Source: a plasmid. Taken from it: 64,000 bases of DNA. The notes under the pieces were generated by a model, which was given only the letters and a program-made list of their open reading frames with translations, had not been told where the DNA came from and ran no database searches. Location of the stretch: the sequence record NZ_KX832927.1, one strand, 5' to 3'. Below, one piece after another: positions 1-13,154 of this stretch. Numbering within the stretch: the stretch's first letter is position 1; each line of letters opens with the position of its first letter. The translations under genes and the position numbers were made by a program.

Positions 1-2
1 TG

Positions 3-404
3 GCGGCGGCATCCGCCAGCCAAATGGGGCAGGCCGTAATGCCAACTTTAGCTACCAGCTCGGCCATTGCAAAAAGCGCAGGTAAAGGCATGGTGTCAGG
101 TTTGGCTGCGGCGACTGCCAGCTACATTCCCCAAGACGAGCTGAGCTTTACTCGAAGCTATAAGAACTCTGAGGCTGTGGATATGGCAAAGGGCCTGGGG
201 ACATTGAAAGAAGCGCCTGAGTTTCTCTACGTTGTTACAGACGTAAATGCCAACATTGCGGTCAAATGCAAGCGCGTCTGGGAGCCTCAATCTCTGGCTT
301 TAAGTCCAGTGATTGTTGAGCTGGTGGAACTACGTAAGACGAACAACAAAGACAGCTACGAACAAGCACTATCCCACCTCGATTGTTCAATGTTCACAGA
401 CTAA
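3..404 (+). CDS. Hypothetical protein, 5'-partial. The frame is open back to the window start.
   Basis: Open frame from nt 3 with no stop (AAASASQMGQ...). Stop at 402-404 is followed by a hairpin plus T-run. No recognisable domain. Confidence 0.4.
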   Translation, partial: AAASASQMGQAVMPTLATSSAIAKSAGKGMVSGLAAATASYIPQDELSFTRSYKNSEAVDMAKGLGTLKEAPEFLYVVTDVNANIAVKCKRVWEPQSLALSPVIVELVELRKTNNKDSYEQALSHLDCSMFTD

Positions 405-413
405 AACAATTAA

Positions 414-437
414 GGGGCCGATGGCCCCTAATTTTTA
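414..437 (+). terminator. Rho-independent terminator
   Basis: GGGGCCGATGGCCCC perfect stem followed by TAATTTTT. Confidence 0.7.
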
Positions 438-495
438 ATAACCCAATTTCTTTTGATACCTGATTTTCCTACCAAGCACAGTTGTCATACACCAT

Positions 496-634
496 TCAAT
501 TCACATGGATAGCGAATACTTCAACCGGACAATCTCCAAAGTGCGGGTGCGTTATAACACTCCTTGAGAAGCCACGCCAAGGGCGAATCTCTATCCTGGA
601 CATATCTCCAGCCTTTGGGTAGCCACACTTAACA
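496..634 (-). pseudogene. ASCH-domain protein gene, C-terminal part, split by the Tn10 insertion
   Basis: Continues in frame with 10982..11130 once Tn10 and one copy of the 9-bp duplication are removed. The reconstructed 92-aa ORF is MKKRILHLPVKKIYFDQIKSGEKPDEYRLV...VEVFAIHVN. Confidence 0.75.
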
Positions 635-1963
635 CTGATGAATCCCCTAATGATTTTTATCAAAATCATTAAGTTAAGGTAGATACACATCTTGTCATAT
701 GATCAAATGGTTTCGCCAAAAATCAATAATCAGACAACAAAATGTGCGAACTCGATATTTTACACGACTCTCTTTACCAATTCTGCCCCGAATTACACTT
801 AAAACGACTCAACAGCTTAACGTTGGCTTGCCACGCCTTACTTGACTGTAAAACTCTCACTCTTACCGAACTTGGCCGTAACCTGCCAACCAAAGCGAGA
901 ACAAAACATAACATCAAACGAATCGACCGATTGTTAGGTAATCGTCACCTCCACAAAGAGCGACTCGCTGTATACCGTTGGCATGCTAGCTTTATCTGTT
1001 CGGGCAATACGATGCCCATTGTACTTGTTGACTGGTCTGATATCCGTGAGCAAAAACGGCTTATGGTATTGCGAGCTTCAGTCGCACTACACGGTCGTTC
1101 TGTTACTCTTTATGAGAAAGCGTTCCCGCTTTCAGAGCAATGTTCAAAGAAAGCTCATGACCAATTTCTAGCCGACCTTGCGAGCATTCTACCGAGTAAC
1201 ACCACACCGCTCATTGTCAGTGATGCTGGCTTTAAAGTGCCATGGTATAAATCCGTTGAGAAGCTGGGTTGGTACTGGTTAAGTCGAGTAAGAGGAAAAG
1301 TACAATATGCAGACCTAGGAGCGGAAAACTGGAAACCTATCAGCAACTTACATGATATGTCATCTAGTCACTCAAAGACTTTAGGCTATAAGAGGCTGAC
1401 TAAAAGCAATCCAATCTCATGCCAAATTCTATTGTATAAATCTCGCTCTAAAGGCCGAAAAAATCAGCGCTCGACACGGACTCATTGTCACCACCCGTCA
1501 CCTAAAATCTACTCAGCGTCGGCAAAGGAGCCATGGATTCTAGCAACTAACTTACCTGTTGAAATTCGAACACCCAAACAACTTGTTAATATCTATTCGA
1601 AGCGAATGCAGATTGAAGAAACCTTCCGAGACTTGAAAAGTCCTGCCTACGGACTAGGCCTACGCCATAGCCGAACGAGCAGCTCAGAGCGTTTTGATAT
1701 CATGCTGCTAATCGCCCTGATGCTTCAACTAACATGTTGGCTTGCGGGCGTTCATGCTCAGAAACAAGGTTGGGACAAGCACTTCCAGGCTAACACAGTC
1801 AGAAATCGAAACGTACTCTCAACAGTTCGCTTAGGCATGGAAGTTTTGCGGCATTCTGGCTACACAATAACAAGGGAAGACTCACTCGTGGCTGCAACCC
1901 TGCTTACTCATAATCTATTCACACATGGTTACGTTTTGGGGAAATTATGAGGGGATCTCTCAG
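635..1963 (+). mobile_element. IS10: IS10-Left (1329 bp)
   Basis: Outside end at 635, inside end ...TGAGGGGATCTCTCAG at 1963, intact transposase ORF. Confidence 0.9.
742..1950 (+). CDS. tnpA(IS10): IS10 transposase (IS4 family), intact 402 aa
   Basis: Protein MCELDILHDSLYQFCPELHLKRLNSL... recognised as IS10 Tnp. It matches the disrupted right copy except for a single I/V difference. Confidence 0.95.
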   Translation: MCELDILHDSLYQFCPELHLKRLNSLTLACHALLDCKTLTLTELGRNLPTKARTKHNIKRIDRLLGNRHLHKERLAVYRWHASFICSGNTMPIVLVDWSDIREQKRLMVLRASVALHGRSVTLYEKAFPLSEQCSKKAHDQFLADLASILPSNTTPLIVSDAGFKVPWYKSVEKLGWYWLSRVRGKVQYADLGAENWKPISNLHDMSSSHSKTLGYKRLTKSNPISCQILLYKSRSKGRKNQRSTRTHCHHPSPKIYSASAKEPWILATNLPVEIRTPKQLVNIYSKRMQIEETFRDLKSPAYGLGLRHSRTSSSERFDIMLLIALMLQLTCWLAGVHAQKQGWDKHFQANTVRNRNVLSTVRLGMEVLRHSGYTITREDSLVAATLLTHNLFTHGYVLGKL

Positions 1964-2315
1964 TGCTCAGCATGTTTGAGTGCTTTACTCGCCGCGGGTT
2001 GAGAAATATGTAAAACTTCAGCCGCACGCGTTAAGGAACCACAAGTCATTACAGCATAAAAGATATCGAGATGTCTTAATTTCATTCCATGTAGCCTACT
2101 GATTATTTATTTCTACGGACTATTCTAACGAATAAAGTATAAATAATCAGATATACTCGTCATAATTCAAATTTTGGTTTAGTTGTCACGAGAATTAATT
2201 CGTAAACGTGCAAGCTAAATAGATTGACTAGGGGAATATACGGGGTAAGAAAGCGGCTCGGCATACTGCCCTATAATAAATTGTTAGGAGAAGTACGCCG
2301 AGTAGTGTGTAGCTA

Positions 2316-3521
2316 TTAGGTAAAGTATGTACCAATTTCAATAAATATTTTAATTAAGATACTGTTTGAAATATCAACAATAAAGGCACCGACCATAGGA
2401 ACGACAAGGAAAGCTTTATGTGATGGTCCAAATGCTTTTGTGACTGTTTGCATATTCGCAATTGCTGTTGGTGTTGCTCCCATACCAAAGCCACAGTGAC
2501 CCGCGCTGATCACGACAGCATCATAATCTTTGCCCATCATTTTGAAGGTGACAAAGCAGGCAAATAGCACCATGACAACAGTTTGTACAGCAATGATAAT
2601 TAATACTGGCCCTGCCATGCTTGCCAATTGACCAAATTTTAATGACATTAACGCCATTGCCAAGAAAAGCGATAAAGCAACGCTACCTAATACATCGACG
2701 GTCGGCTCAAACACTTCGTGTTTAAATACATGAGTCAGTGTATTACGGATAATAATACCGACAAATAAACACCAGACAAAAGTAGGCAGTTGCAGAAAAG
2801 TATCTTTAAACAATGCACTGATATAGCCACCAACAACAATACAGATAATCAGCATTGAAATGGTTTCAATAACGTTATTTGCATTGATTTTTCTTTTGAC
2901 GCTTGGTTGCTCAAAAGCTTCAACGATAGTGTCGCGCTCTTGCTCGGTTGTTTTAGGAATAGAGACCTTTTTCAAAAGATGACGGGCAACAGGGCCGCCA
3001 ACTAAACCACCCAACACTAATCCAAGTGTTGCACAAGCCATCGCTAATTCAACGGCGCCTGTTACACCATATTTATCAGCGAGAATAGGGCCCCATGCTC
3101 CGGCATTACCATGACCACCTGTTAGAGTAATTGAACCTGCAATTAAGCCAATAAATGGACTTTCATTCATCATGACAGCCATACTCATGCCGACAGTATT
3201 TTGAATGGCGATTAGGATCGTTACTGCAATAGTTAATAGAACTAACGGCTTTCCTCCTTTAATCAGTCGAGAAAAGTCAGAACTTAGCCCGATAGAGGAA
3301 AAGAATGTGAGCATTAATAAACTTTGCAATGAAGCATCAAAAGTAAACGAATAACCTGATGTTTTATCAATAATTAACAGAACAATTGCAACAATAAAGC
3401 CACCAACGACGGCTTCTGGTATGTGGTTTTTTTGTAGGAACGGGGTAAATTTTACGACAAACATTCCTATGAGTAGCGCGATACATGCGACTAATAATGT
3501 ATAACTGGCATCTAGGATCAT
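2316..3521 (-). CDS. Sodium/glutamate symporter GltS-like permease (Tn10 accessory gene)
   Basis: 401-aa multi-pass membrane protein. Its position between IS10L and the jem/tet genes matches the Tn10 gltS-like gene. Confidence 0.8.
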   Translation of the reverse strand: MILDASYTLLVACIALLIGMFVVKFTPFLQKNHIPEAVVGGFIVAIVLLIIDKTSGYSFTFDASLQSLLMLTFFSSIGLSSDFSRLIKGGKPLVLLTIAVTILIAIQNTVGMSMAVMMNESPFIGLIAGSITLTGGHGNAGAWGPILADKYGVTGAVELAMACATLGLVLGGLVGGPVARHLLKKVSIPKTTEQERDTIVEAFEQPSVKRKINANNVIETISMLIICIVVGGYISALFKDTFLQLPTFVWCLFVGIIIRNTLTHVFKHEVFEPTVDVLGSVALSLFLAMALMSLKFGQLASMAGPVLIIIAVQTVVMVLFACFVTFKMMGKDYDAVVISAGHCGFGMGATPTAIANMQTVTKAFGPSHKAFLVVPMVGAFIVDISNSILIKIFIEIGTYFT

Positions 3522-3964
3522 TTTTTTACCTCTATTAGTTTACCAGAATTTTCACTATAACAATTTAACAATAGTGAAAAATGAAGTTACTTTGGTTAAC
3601 TAATCTTTAACAATGAGTTTTATTAGGGTATCCATAACTTTTAGTTAATAGGGTCATAATTTTAGTGTGATCTTAATCATGAAATATTAAAAAGATTAAA
3701 ATAACAACAATGGTATTTAATGATGGGTAAACCTAAATACCATGCGGGATCCGCACTATTTTCGGTGATAGCAAAAAATAAAAAAGTATAAATAATAAAC
3801 AAAATTATAAGAGAAGGAGAACATGATAAGCGCAGGCCGAGCAATTTAAAGAAGTGTGATATACAACATAAAACAGCAGCATGACCTTTCTATATTTCGT
3901 TGCTTATCGAAGTGTTAATTTTCGGGTGGATTACTCTGTTTGTTGATTAATAACGGAGAAAAAT

Positions 3965-4664
<700 letters not shown>

Positions 4665-4671
4665 ACTTGCG

Positions 4672-5968
<1,297 letters not shown>

Positions 5969-5983
5969 CTAATTTTTGTTGAC

Positions 5984-6032
5984 ACTCTATCATTGATAGA
6001 GTTATTTTACCACTCCCTATCAGTGATAGAGA
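5984..6032. promoter_or_regulatory. tetO: tetO1 and tetO2 operators in the tetR/tetA divergent promoter region
   Basis: Palindromes ACTCTATCATTGATAGAGT (5984-6002) and TCCCTATCAGTGATAGAGA (6014-6032). Confidence 0.95.
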
Positions 6033-6040
6033 AAAGTGAA

Positions 6041-7246
6041 ATGAATAGTTCGACAAAGATCGCATTGGTAATTACGTTACTCGATGCCATGGGGATTGGC
6101 CTTATCATGCCAGTCTTGCCAACGTTATTACGTGAATTTATTGCTTCGGAAGATATCGCTAACCACTTTGGCGTATTGCTTGCACTTTATGCGTTAATGC
6201 AGGTTATCTTTGCTCCTTGGCTTGGAAAAATGTCTGACCGATTTGGTCGGCGCCCAGTGCTGTTGTTGTCATTAATAGGCGCATCGCTGGATTACTTATT
6301 GCTGGCTTTTTCAAGTGCGCTTTGGATGCTGTATTTAGGCCGTTTGCTTTCAGGGATCACAGGAGCTACTGGGGCTGTCGCGGCATCGGTCATTGCCGAT
6401 ACCACCTCAGCTTCTCAACGCGTGAAGTGGTTCGGTTGGTTAGGGGCAAGTTTTGGGCTTGGTTTAATAGCGGGGCCTATTATTGGTGGTTTTGCAGGAG
6501 AGATTTCACCGCATAGTCCCTTTTTTATCGCTGCGTTGCTAAATATTGTCGCTTTCCTTGTGGTTATGTTTTGGTTCCGTGAAACCAAAAATACACGTGA
6601 TAATACAGATACCGAAGTAGGGGTTGAGACGCAATCGAATTCGGTATACATCACTTTATTTAAAACGATGCCCATTTTGTTGATTATTTATTTTTCAGCG
6701 CAATTGATAGGCCAAATTCCCGCAACGGTGTGGGTGCTATTTACCGAAAATCGTTTTGGATGGAATAGCATGATGGTTGGCTTTTCATTAGCGGGTCTTG
6801 GTCTTTTACACTCAGTATTCCAAGCCTTTGTGGCAGGAAGAATAGCCACTAAATGGGGCGAAAAAACGGCAGTACTGCTCGGATTTATTGCAGATAGTAG
6901 TGCATTTGCCTTTTTAGCGTTTATATCTGAAGGTTGGTTAGTTTTCCCTGTTTTAATTTTATTGGCTGGTGGTGGGATCGCTTTACCTGCATTACAGGGA
7001 GTGATGTCTATCCAAACAAAGAGTCATCAGCAAGGTGCTTTACAGGGATTATTGGTGAGCCTTACCAATGCAACCGGTGTTATTGGCCCATTACTGTTTG
7101 CTGTTATTTATAATCATTCACTACCAATTTGGGATGGCTGGATTTGGATTATTGGTTTAGCGTTTTACTGTATTATTATCCTGCTATCGATGACCTTCAT
7201 GTTAACCCCTCAAGCTCAGGGGAGTAAACAGGAGACAAGTGCTTAG
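6041..7246 (+). CDS. tet(B): Tetracycline efflux MFS transporter TetA, class B
   Basis: Protein MNSSTKIALVITLLDAMGIGLIMPVLPTLLREF... (401 aa). The true start is 6041; the track ORF starts upstream at 5993. Confidence 0.97.
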   Translation: MNSSTKIALVITLLDAMGIGLIMPVLPTLLREFIASEDIANHFGVLLALYALMQVIFAPWLGKMSDRFGRRPVLLLSLIGASLDYLLLAFSSALWMLYLGRLLSGITGATGAVAASVIADTTSASQRVKWFGWLGASFGLGLIAGPIIGGFAGEISPHSPFFIAALLNIVAFLVVMFWFRETKNTRDNTDTEVGVETQSNSVYITLFKTMPILLIIYFSAQLIGQIPATVWVLFTENRFGWNSMMVGFSLAGLGLLHSVFQAFVAGRIATKWGEKTAVLLGFIADSSAFAFLAFISEGWLVFPVLILLAGGGIALPALQGVMSIQTKSHQQGALQGLLVSLTNATGVIGPLLFAVIYNHSLPIWDGWIWIIGLAFYCIIILLSMTFMLTPQAQGSKQETSA

Positions 7247-7358
7247 TTATTTCGTCACCAAATGATGTTATTCCTCGAAATATAATGACCCTCTTGATAA
7301 CCCAAGAGGGCATTTTTTACGATAAAGAAGATTTAGCTTCAAATAAAACCTATCTATT

Positions 7359-7952
7359 TTATTTATCTTTCAAGCTCAATAAAAAGCCGCGGTAAATAGC
7401 AATAAATTGGCCTTTTTTATCGGCAAGCTCTTTTAGGTTTTTCGCATGTATTGCGATATGCATAAACCAGCCATTGAGTAAGTTTTTAAGCACATCATCA
7501 TCATAAGCTTTAAGTTGGTTCTCTTGGATCAATTTGCTGACAATGGCGTTTACCTTACCAGTAATGTATTCAAGGCTAATTTTTTCAAGTTCATTCCAAC
7601 CAATGATAGGCATCACTTCTTGGATAGGGATAAGGTTTTTATTATTATCAATAATATAATCAAGATAATGTTCAAATATACTTTCTAAGGCAGACCAACC
7701 ATTTGTTAAATCAGTTTTTGTTGTGATGTAGGCATCAATCATAATTAATTGCTGCTTATAACAGGCACTGAGTAATTGTTTTTTATTTTTAAAGTGATGA
7801 TAAAAGGCACCTTTGGTCACCAACGCTTTTCCCGAGATCTCATCTATTGAAACAGCTTGATAGCCTTTTTCAACAAACAATATTCGTGCTGAGTTAACCA
7901 GTGATTGATAGGTACTCTTAAAATTTTCTTGTTGATGATTTTTATTTTCCAT
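7359..7952 (-). CDS. tetC: TetC (Tn10 TetR-family regulator)
   Basis: MENKNHQQENFKSTYQSL... with a TetR-family HTH. Tn10 order tetA-tetC-tetD. Start chosen at the MENKN methionine; the track ORF is longer. Confidence 0.85.
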   Translation of the reverse strand: MENKNHQQENFKSTYQSLVNSARILFVEKGYQAVSIDEISGKALVTKGAFYHHFKNKKQLLSACYKQQLIMIDAYITTKTDLTNGWSALESIFEHYLDYIIDNNKNLIPIQEVMPIIGWNELEKISLEYITGKVNAIVSKLIQENQLKAYDDDVLKNLLNGWFMHIAIHAKNLKELADKKGQFIAIYRGFLLSLKDK

Positions 7953-8039
7953 GATAGATTTAAAATAACATACCGTCAGTATGTTTATGGTATCATGATG
8001 ATGTGGTCGTGACAATCTTAAGAACATTTAGGTTATTTT

Positions 8040-8456
8040 ATGTATATTGAACAGCATTCTCGCTATCAAAATAAAGCTAATAACATCCAATTAAGATATG
8101 ATGATAAGCAGTTTCATACAACGGTTATCAAAGATGTTCTATTATGGATTGAACATAATTTAGATCAGTCTTTACTGCTTGATGATGTGGCGAATAAAGC
8201 GGGTTATACCAAGTGGTATTTTCAGCGGCTGTTCAAAAAAGTAACAGGGGTCACACTGGCTAGCTATATTCGTGCTCGTCGTTTGACGAAAGCGGCTGTT
8301 GAGTTGAGGTTGACGAAAAAAACTATCCTTGAGATCGCATTAAAATATCAATTTGATTCCCAACAATCTTTTACACGTCGATTTAAGTACATTTTTAAGG
8401 TTACACCAAGTTATTATCGGCGTAATAAATTATGGGAATTGGAGGCAATGCACTGA
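8040..8456 (+). CDS. tetD: TetD (AraC/XylS-family regulator of Tn10)
   Basis: 138 aa with an AraC-type HTH (TKWYFQRLFKKVTGVTLASYIRARRL). Last gene before the IS10R inside end. Confidence 0.9.
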   Translation: MYIEQHSRYQNKANNIQLRYDDKQFHTTVIKDVLLWIEHNLDQSLLLDDVANKAGYTKWYFQRLFKKVTGVTLASYIRARRLTKAAVELRLTKKTILEIALKYQFDSQQSFTRRFKYIFKVTPSYYRRNKLWELEAMH

Positions 8457-8626
8457 GAGATCCCCTCATAATTTCCCCAAAGCGTAACCATGTGTGAATA
8501 AATTTTGAGCTAGTAGGGTTGCAGCCACGAGTAAGTCTTCCCTTGTTATTGTGTAGCCAGAATGCCGCAAAACTTCCATGCCTAAGCGAACTGTTGAGAG
8601 TACGTTTCGATTTCTGACTGTGTTAG

Positions 8627-9822
<1,196 letters not shown>

Positions 9823-10981
9823 TTAGCCTGGAAGTGCTTGTCCCAACCTTGTTTCTGAGCATGAACGCCCGCAAGCCAACATGTTAGTTGAAGCATCAGG
9901 GCGATTAGCAGCATGATATCAAAACGCTCTGAGCTGCTCGTTCGGCTATGGCGTAGGCCTAGTCCGTAGGCAGGACTTTTCAAGTCTCGGAAGGTTTCTT
10001 CAATCTGCATTCGCTTCGAATAGATATTAACAAGTTGTTTGGGTGTTCGAATTTCAACAGGTAAGTTAGTTGCTAGAACCCATGGCTCCTTTGCCGACGC
10101 TGAGTAGATTTTAGGTGACGGGTGGTGACAATGAGTCCGTGTCGAGCGCTGATTTTTTCGGCCTTTAGAGCGAGATTTATACAATAGAATTTGGCATGAG
10201 ATTGGATTGCTTTTAGTCAGCCTCTTATAGCCTAAAGTCTTTGAGTGACTAGATGACATATCATGTAAGTTGCTGATAGGTTTCCAGTTTTCCGCTCCTA
10301 GGTCTGCATATTGTACTTTTCCTCTTACTCGACTTAACCAGTACCAACCCAGCTTCTCAACGGATTTATACCATGGCACTTTAAAGCCAGCATCACTGAC
10401 AATGAGCGGTGTGGTGTTACTCGGTAGAATGCTCGCAAGGTCGGCTAGAAATTGGTCATGAGCTTTCTTTGAACATTGCTCTGAAAGCGGGAACGCTTTC
10501 TCATAAAGAGTAACAGAACGACCGTGTAGTGCGACTGAAGCTCGCAATACCATAAGTCGTTTTTGCTCACGAATATCAGACCAGTCAACAAGTACAATGG
10601 GCATCGTATTGCCCGAACAGATAAAGCTAGCATGCCAACGGTATACAGCGAGTCGCTCTTTGTGGAGGTGACGATTACCTAACAATCGGTCGATTCGTTT
10701 GATGTTATGTTTTGTTCTCGCTTTGGTTGGCAGGTTACGGCCAAGTTCGGTAAGAGTGAGAGTTTTACAGTCAAGTAATGCGTGGCAAGCCAACGTTAAG
10801 CTGTTGAGTCGTTTTAAGTGTAATTCGGGGCAGAATTGGTAAAGAGAGTCGTGTAAAATATCGAGTTCGCACATCTTGTTGTCTGATTATTGATTTTTCG
10901 CGAAACCATTTGATCATATGACAAGATGTGTATCCACCTTAACTTAATGATTTTTACCAAAATCATTAGGGGATTCATCAG

Positions 10982-11130
10982 CACTTAACATGGACTTCAT
11001 CATACTCGCGCCCCTCTAGTCTTTTTATCCAGTAGTCTGTAACGAGGCGATATTCATCTGGTTTTTCTCCAGATTTGATCTGATCGAAGTAAATCTTTTT
11101 TACGGGCAGATGAAGTATTCTCTTTTTCAT
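10982..11130 (-). pseudogene. ASCH-domain protein gene, N-terminal part, interrupted by Tn10
   Basis: ATG at 11130. The frame continues across the Tn10 target-site duplication into 496..634. Confidence 0.75.
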
Positions 11131-11155
11131 AATCACCACCTGATAGCCCATCAGA

Positions 11156-11362
11156 CTATCTAACTATTCGACAAAACATCCCTTTTTCAATTTCTGTCTC
11201 TCTCGCCTCATGGGCCAATACAATATCCGCGATAACACGAATATTCCCTTCATAGTTGCGAATGGCCGCATCCCTCATCGTGTCTAAAGTGTCCTGACAC
11301 TTCGCTCGCCTGAATTTAACGAGCCAACTTTGCCGATCTATCTTGTCCACACCAAATCCCAT
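11156..11362 (-). CDS. Hypothetical small protein (68 aa)
   Basis: ORF in an operon-like array with neighbouring minus-strand genes. No recognisable domain. Confidence 0.4.
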   Translation of the reverse strand: MGFGVDKIDRQSWLVKFRRAKCQDTLDTMRDAAIRNYEGNIRVIADIVLAHEARETEIEKGMFCRIVR

Positions 11363-11980
11363 TTAGCGAACCATGTATCCAGCTTTTTTGGCCGCAGCAT
11401 CAAGCTCGGAGGAGAAGTTAACGTCGGACTTTTCTGCCGCGTTATAGAGGGCTCCACACTTGGGCCATGAGCGTCCTACCAGTTTCATCGCCAACGCATC
11501 CGCCAGCATTTCTCGGATCTGTGTTTCAGCCTCACCAAAATCGGCCAGAGTTTCGTCTATGCCCGACTCTTCCATCAGCTCGATGAGCTGTGGTTGTTTG
11601 AGCCAGACGCCTGTTTGCATTTCCAACTGATCTCTTGCATCGGCCACCAATTGGCGTTCAAGGGTTACGCCATTCACGGTCTTAACAAATTGCTTTGGCT
11701 GACGCTTTACCTTTTTTGGCCTGGACACATCAGAGATAACCGTCACCGGCTTCCCACGCAGTTCACGCGGCAACGGTCCACTTAGCCCCAGAACTAAGCG
11801 ACGAGCGTACTCATGCTCGTATGGTTTCAACCCTCGACCTTCACGGTACATTTCAGTATCCACCAGCAGATCACCGCGCAGCCTCGCATTTTTCCGCACT
11901 TGTTCGGACAAGACCGATTTACCCTTCCCGCTGGCTCCCATTACGAGCGAGTGAGATTCTACTTTGTTATCAAAAAACAT
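11363..11980 (-). CDS. P-loop NTPase / kinase-like protein
   Basis: Walker A motif GASGKGKS near the N-terminus; 205 aa. Resembles phage/plasmid polynucleotide-kinase or AAA_33-like kinases. Confidence 0.6.
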   Translation of the reverse strand: MFFDNKVESHSLVMGASGKGKSVLSEQVRKNARLRGDLLVDTEMYREGRGLKPYEHEYARRLVLGLSGPLPRELRGKPVTVISDVSRPKKVKRQPKQFVKTVNGVTLERQLVADARDQLEMQTGVWLKQPQLIELMEESGIDETLADFGEAETQIREMLADALAMKLVGRSWPKCGALYNAAEKSDVNFSSELDAAAKKAGYMVR

Positions 11981-12073
11981 AATTCCGCCCCCAAGGAGGT
12001 GTTGCTATAAAACATGGTTTGAACATCCGTATTTTCACGGCAATAACCGCCGGATAATGCAAGACTCCCAAAC

Positions 12074-12292
12074 CTAAATAGGTCTCCAGGTGATGACATC
12101 GAAGTCATAGCTGACTTCCGAGTTGTCGTCCGCCGTTCGCCACGAACAATCATCTTCCTGAACATGGATCAAGTCGTACTCAACAATTTTGCCCGACCAA
12201 CATCCTTTAAGCTGGCAATGAACAGGCACACCGACGACCGGCATCTTGTCGTTGACGCTGATCCACGGTTCTTGCTTTTGATCCAGATCCAC
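12074..12292 (-). CDS. DUF551-like phage-associated small protein
   Basis: 72 aa with the Trp-rich C-terminus typical of DUF551 (…DVITWRPI). Confidence 0.45.
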   Translation of the reverse strand: MDLDQKQEPWISVNDKMPVVGVPVHCQLKGCWSGKIVEYDLIHVQEDDCSWRTADDNSEVSYDFDVITWRPI

Positions 12293-12497
12293 CGGTTAGT
12301 CCTCTATGAACGATTTAATGGATCGCCCATCAAAAAACAGTTTCCCAGTTCCTGATACCGAATGTACTTCTGGAGCTGCCTTCCCTTTCAGGAGTTTCTG
12401 ATAGCGCACCGCGTCTTTGAGCTCAGAGATCCTGACGCCAATGAGTGTGGCCGTCTCCTCAACTGTTAAAATACGGTCCCAAAAGCTGGTGGCGCTG

Positions 12498-13154
12498 TTA
12501 TTGCGCCCACCGATACTCTGGGCAACGCACTCTGTTCTGGCCGCTTTTCCCTTTGCCATTGGCAATGTCCTCTTCATTCTTCTCAGCCCCCAGCTTACTC
12601 AGTATTTCAGCTTTTGTAGCGCGATGGCCGCGCATTAAAAGAGCATTCAGCAGGTATCCAGTGAACACCTCTGTACTCGGCATACGGTCAAGCAACTCAA
12701 CATACTGCTCATCCGTCAAATCATGGATCTCACAATATTTTTCCACCGCCTTTTCGTAGGCTTCTGCGTAGCCATGAGTGGAAATCCTGAAAGCAATATC
12801 CCCATTGCCGTAGCCTGGCTTTGTGACGAGAAAACAAGGCGCGAAGTAGGTTCTCTTCACCCCCATCCGGCTCCGGTTCTCAATGCTGATATAAGCCCTC
12901 AGCCCCTCAGCAATGATGTTTGGCCCGGAGTTGCGTCGCCGCTTACAAGTTTTATTCTGACGCTTCACCTCTTCTGCCTCAGCTTCCCACTTTCGGTCCA
13001 AGCTGTAGGCCAGCCGGTGAGCTGTTGCGTAGGAATACTCTCTCAAGGAGAAGTATTCCTGCCGGTAATCATCCGCCACCCCAACTGTTCGTGCGACACG
13101 GAACCCGACGAAACCGGCGTCATGGGTTCCCTCGCCGTAGTAAATGACTGCCAT
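12498..13154 (-). CDS. Hypothetical protein, possibly an AP2/HNH-associated DNA-binding protein
   Basis: 218-aa ORF. It overlaps the 12296..12577 ORF in another frame, so the exact 3' end is uncertain. Confidence 0.4.
   Translation of the reverse strand: MAVIYYGEGTHDAGFVGFRVARTVGVADDYRQEYFSLREYSYATAHRLAYSLDRKWEAEAEEVKRQNKTCKRRRNSGPNIIAEGLRAYISIENRSRMGVKRTYFAPCFLVTKPGYGNGDIAFRISTHGYAEAYEKAVEKYCEIHDLTDEQYVELLDRMPSTEVFTGYLLNALLMRGHRATKAEILSKLGAEKNEEDIANGKGKSGQNRVRCPEYRWAQ

Noticed and set aside
5993-7246. 417-aa version of tetA starting at 5993
   Set aside because: The upstream 16 codons run through the tetO2 operator and promoter. The canonical TetA(B) start MNSSTK at 6041 follows the operators and was used instead.
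12296-12577. 93-aa ORF overlapping the 3' end of 12498..13154
   Set aside because: It overlaps the longer ORF by 80 nt in a different frame. Only one can be real; the longer ORF was kept at low confidence, and a sequencing frameshift joining them cannot be excluded.
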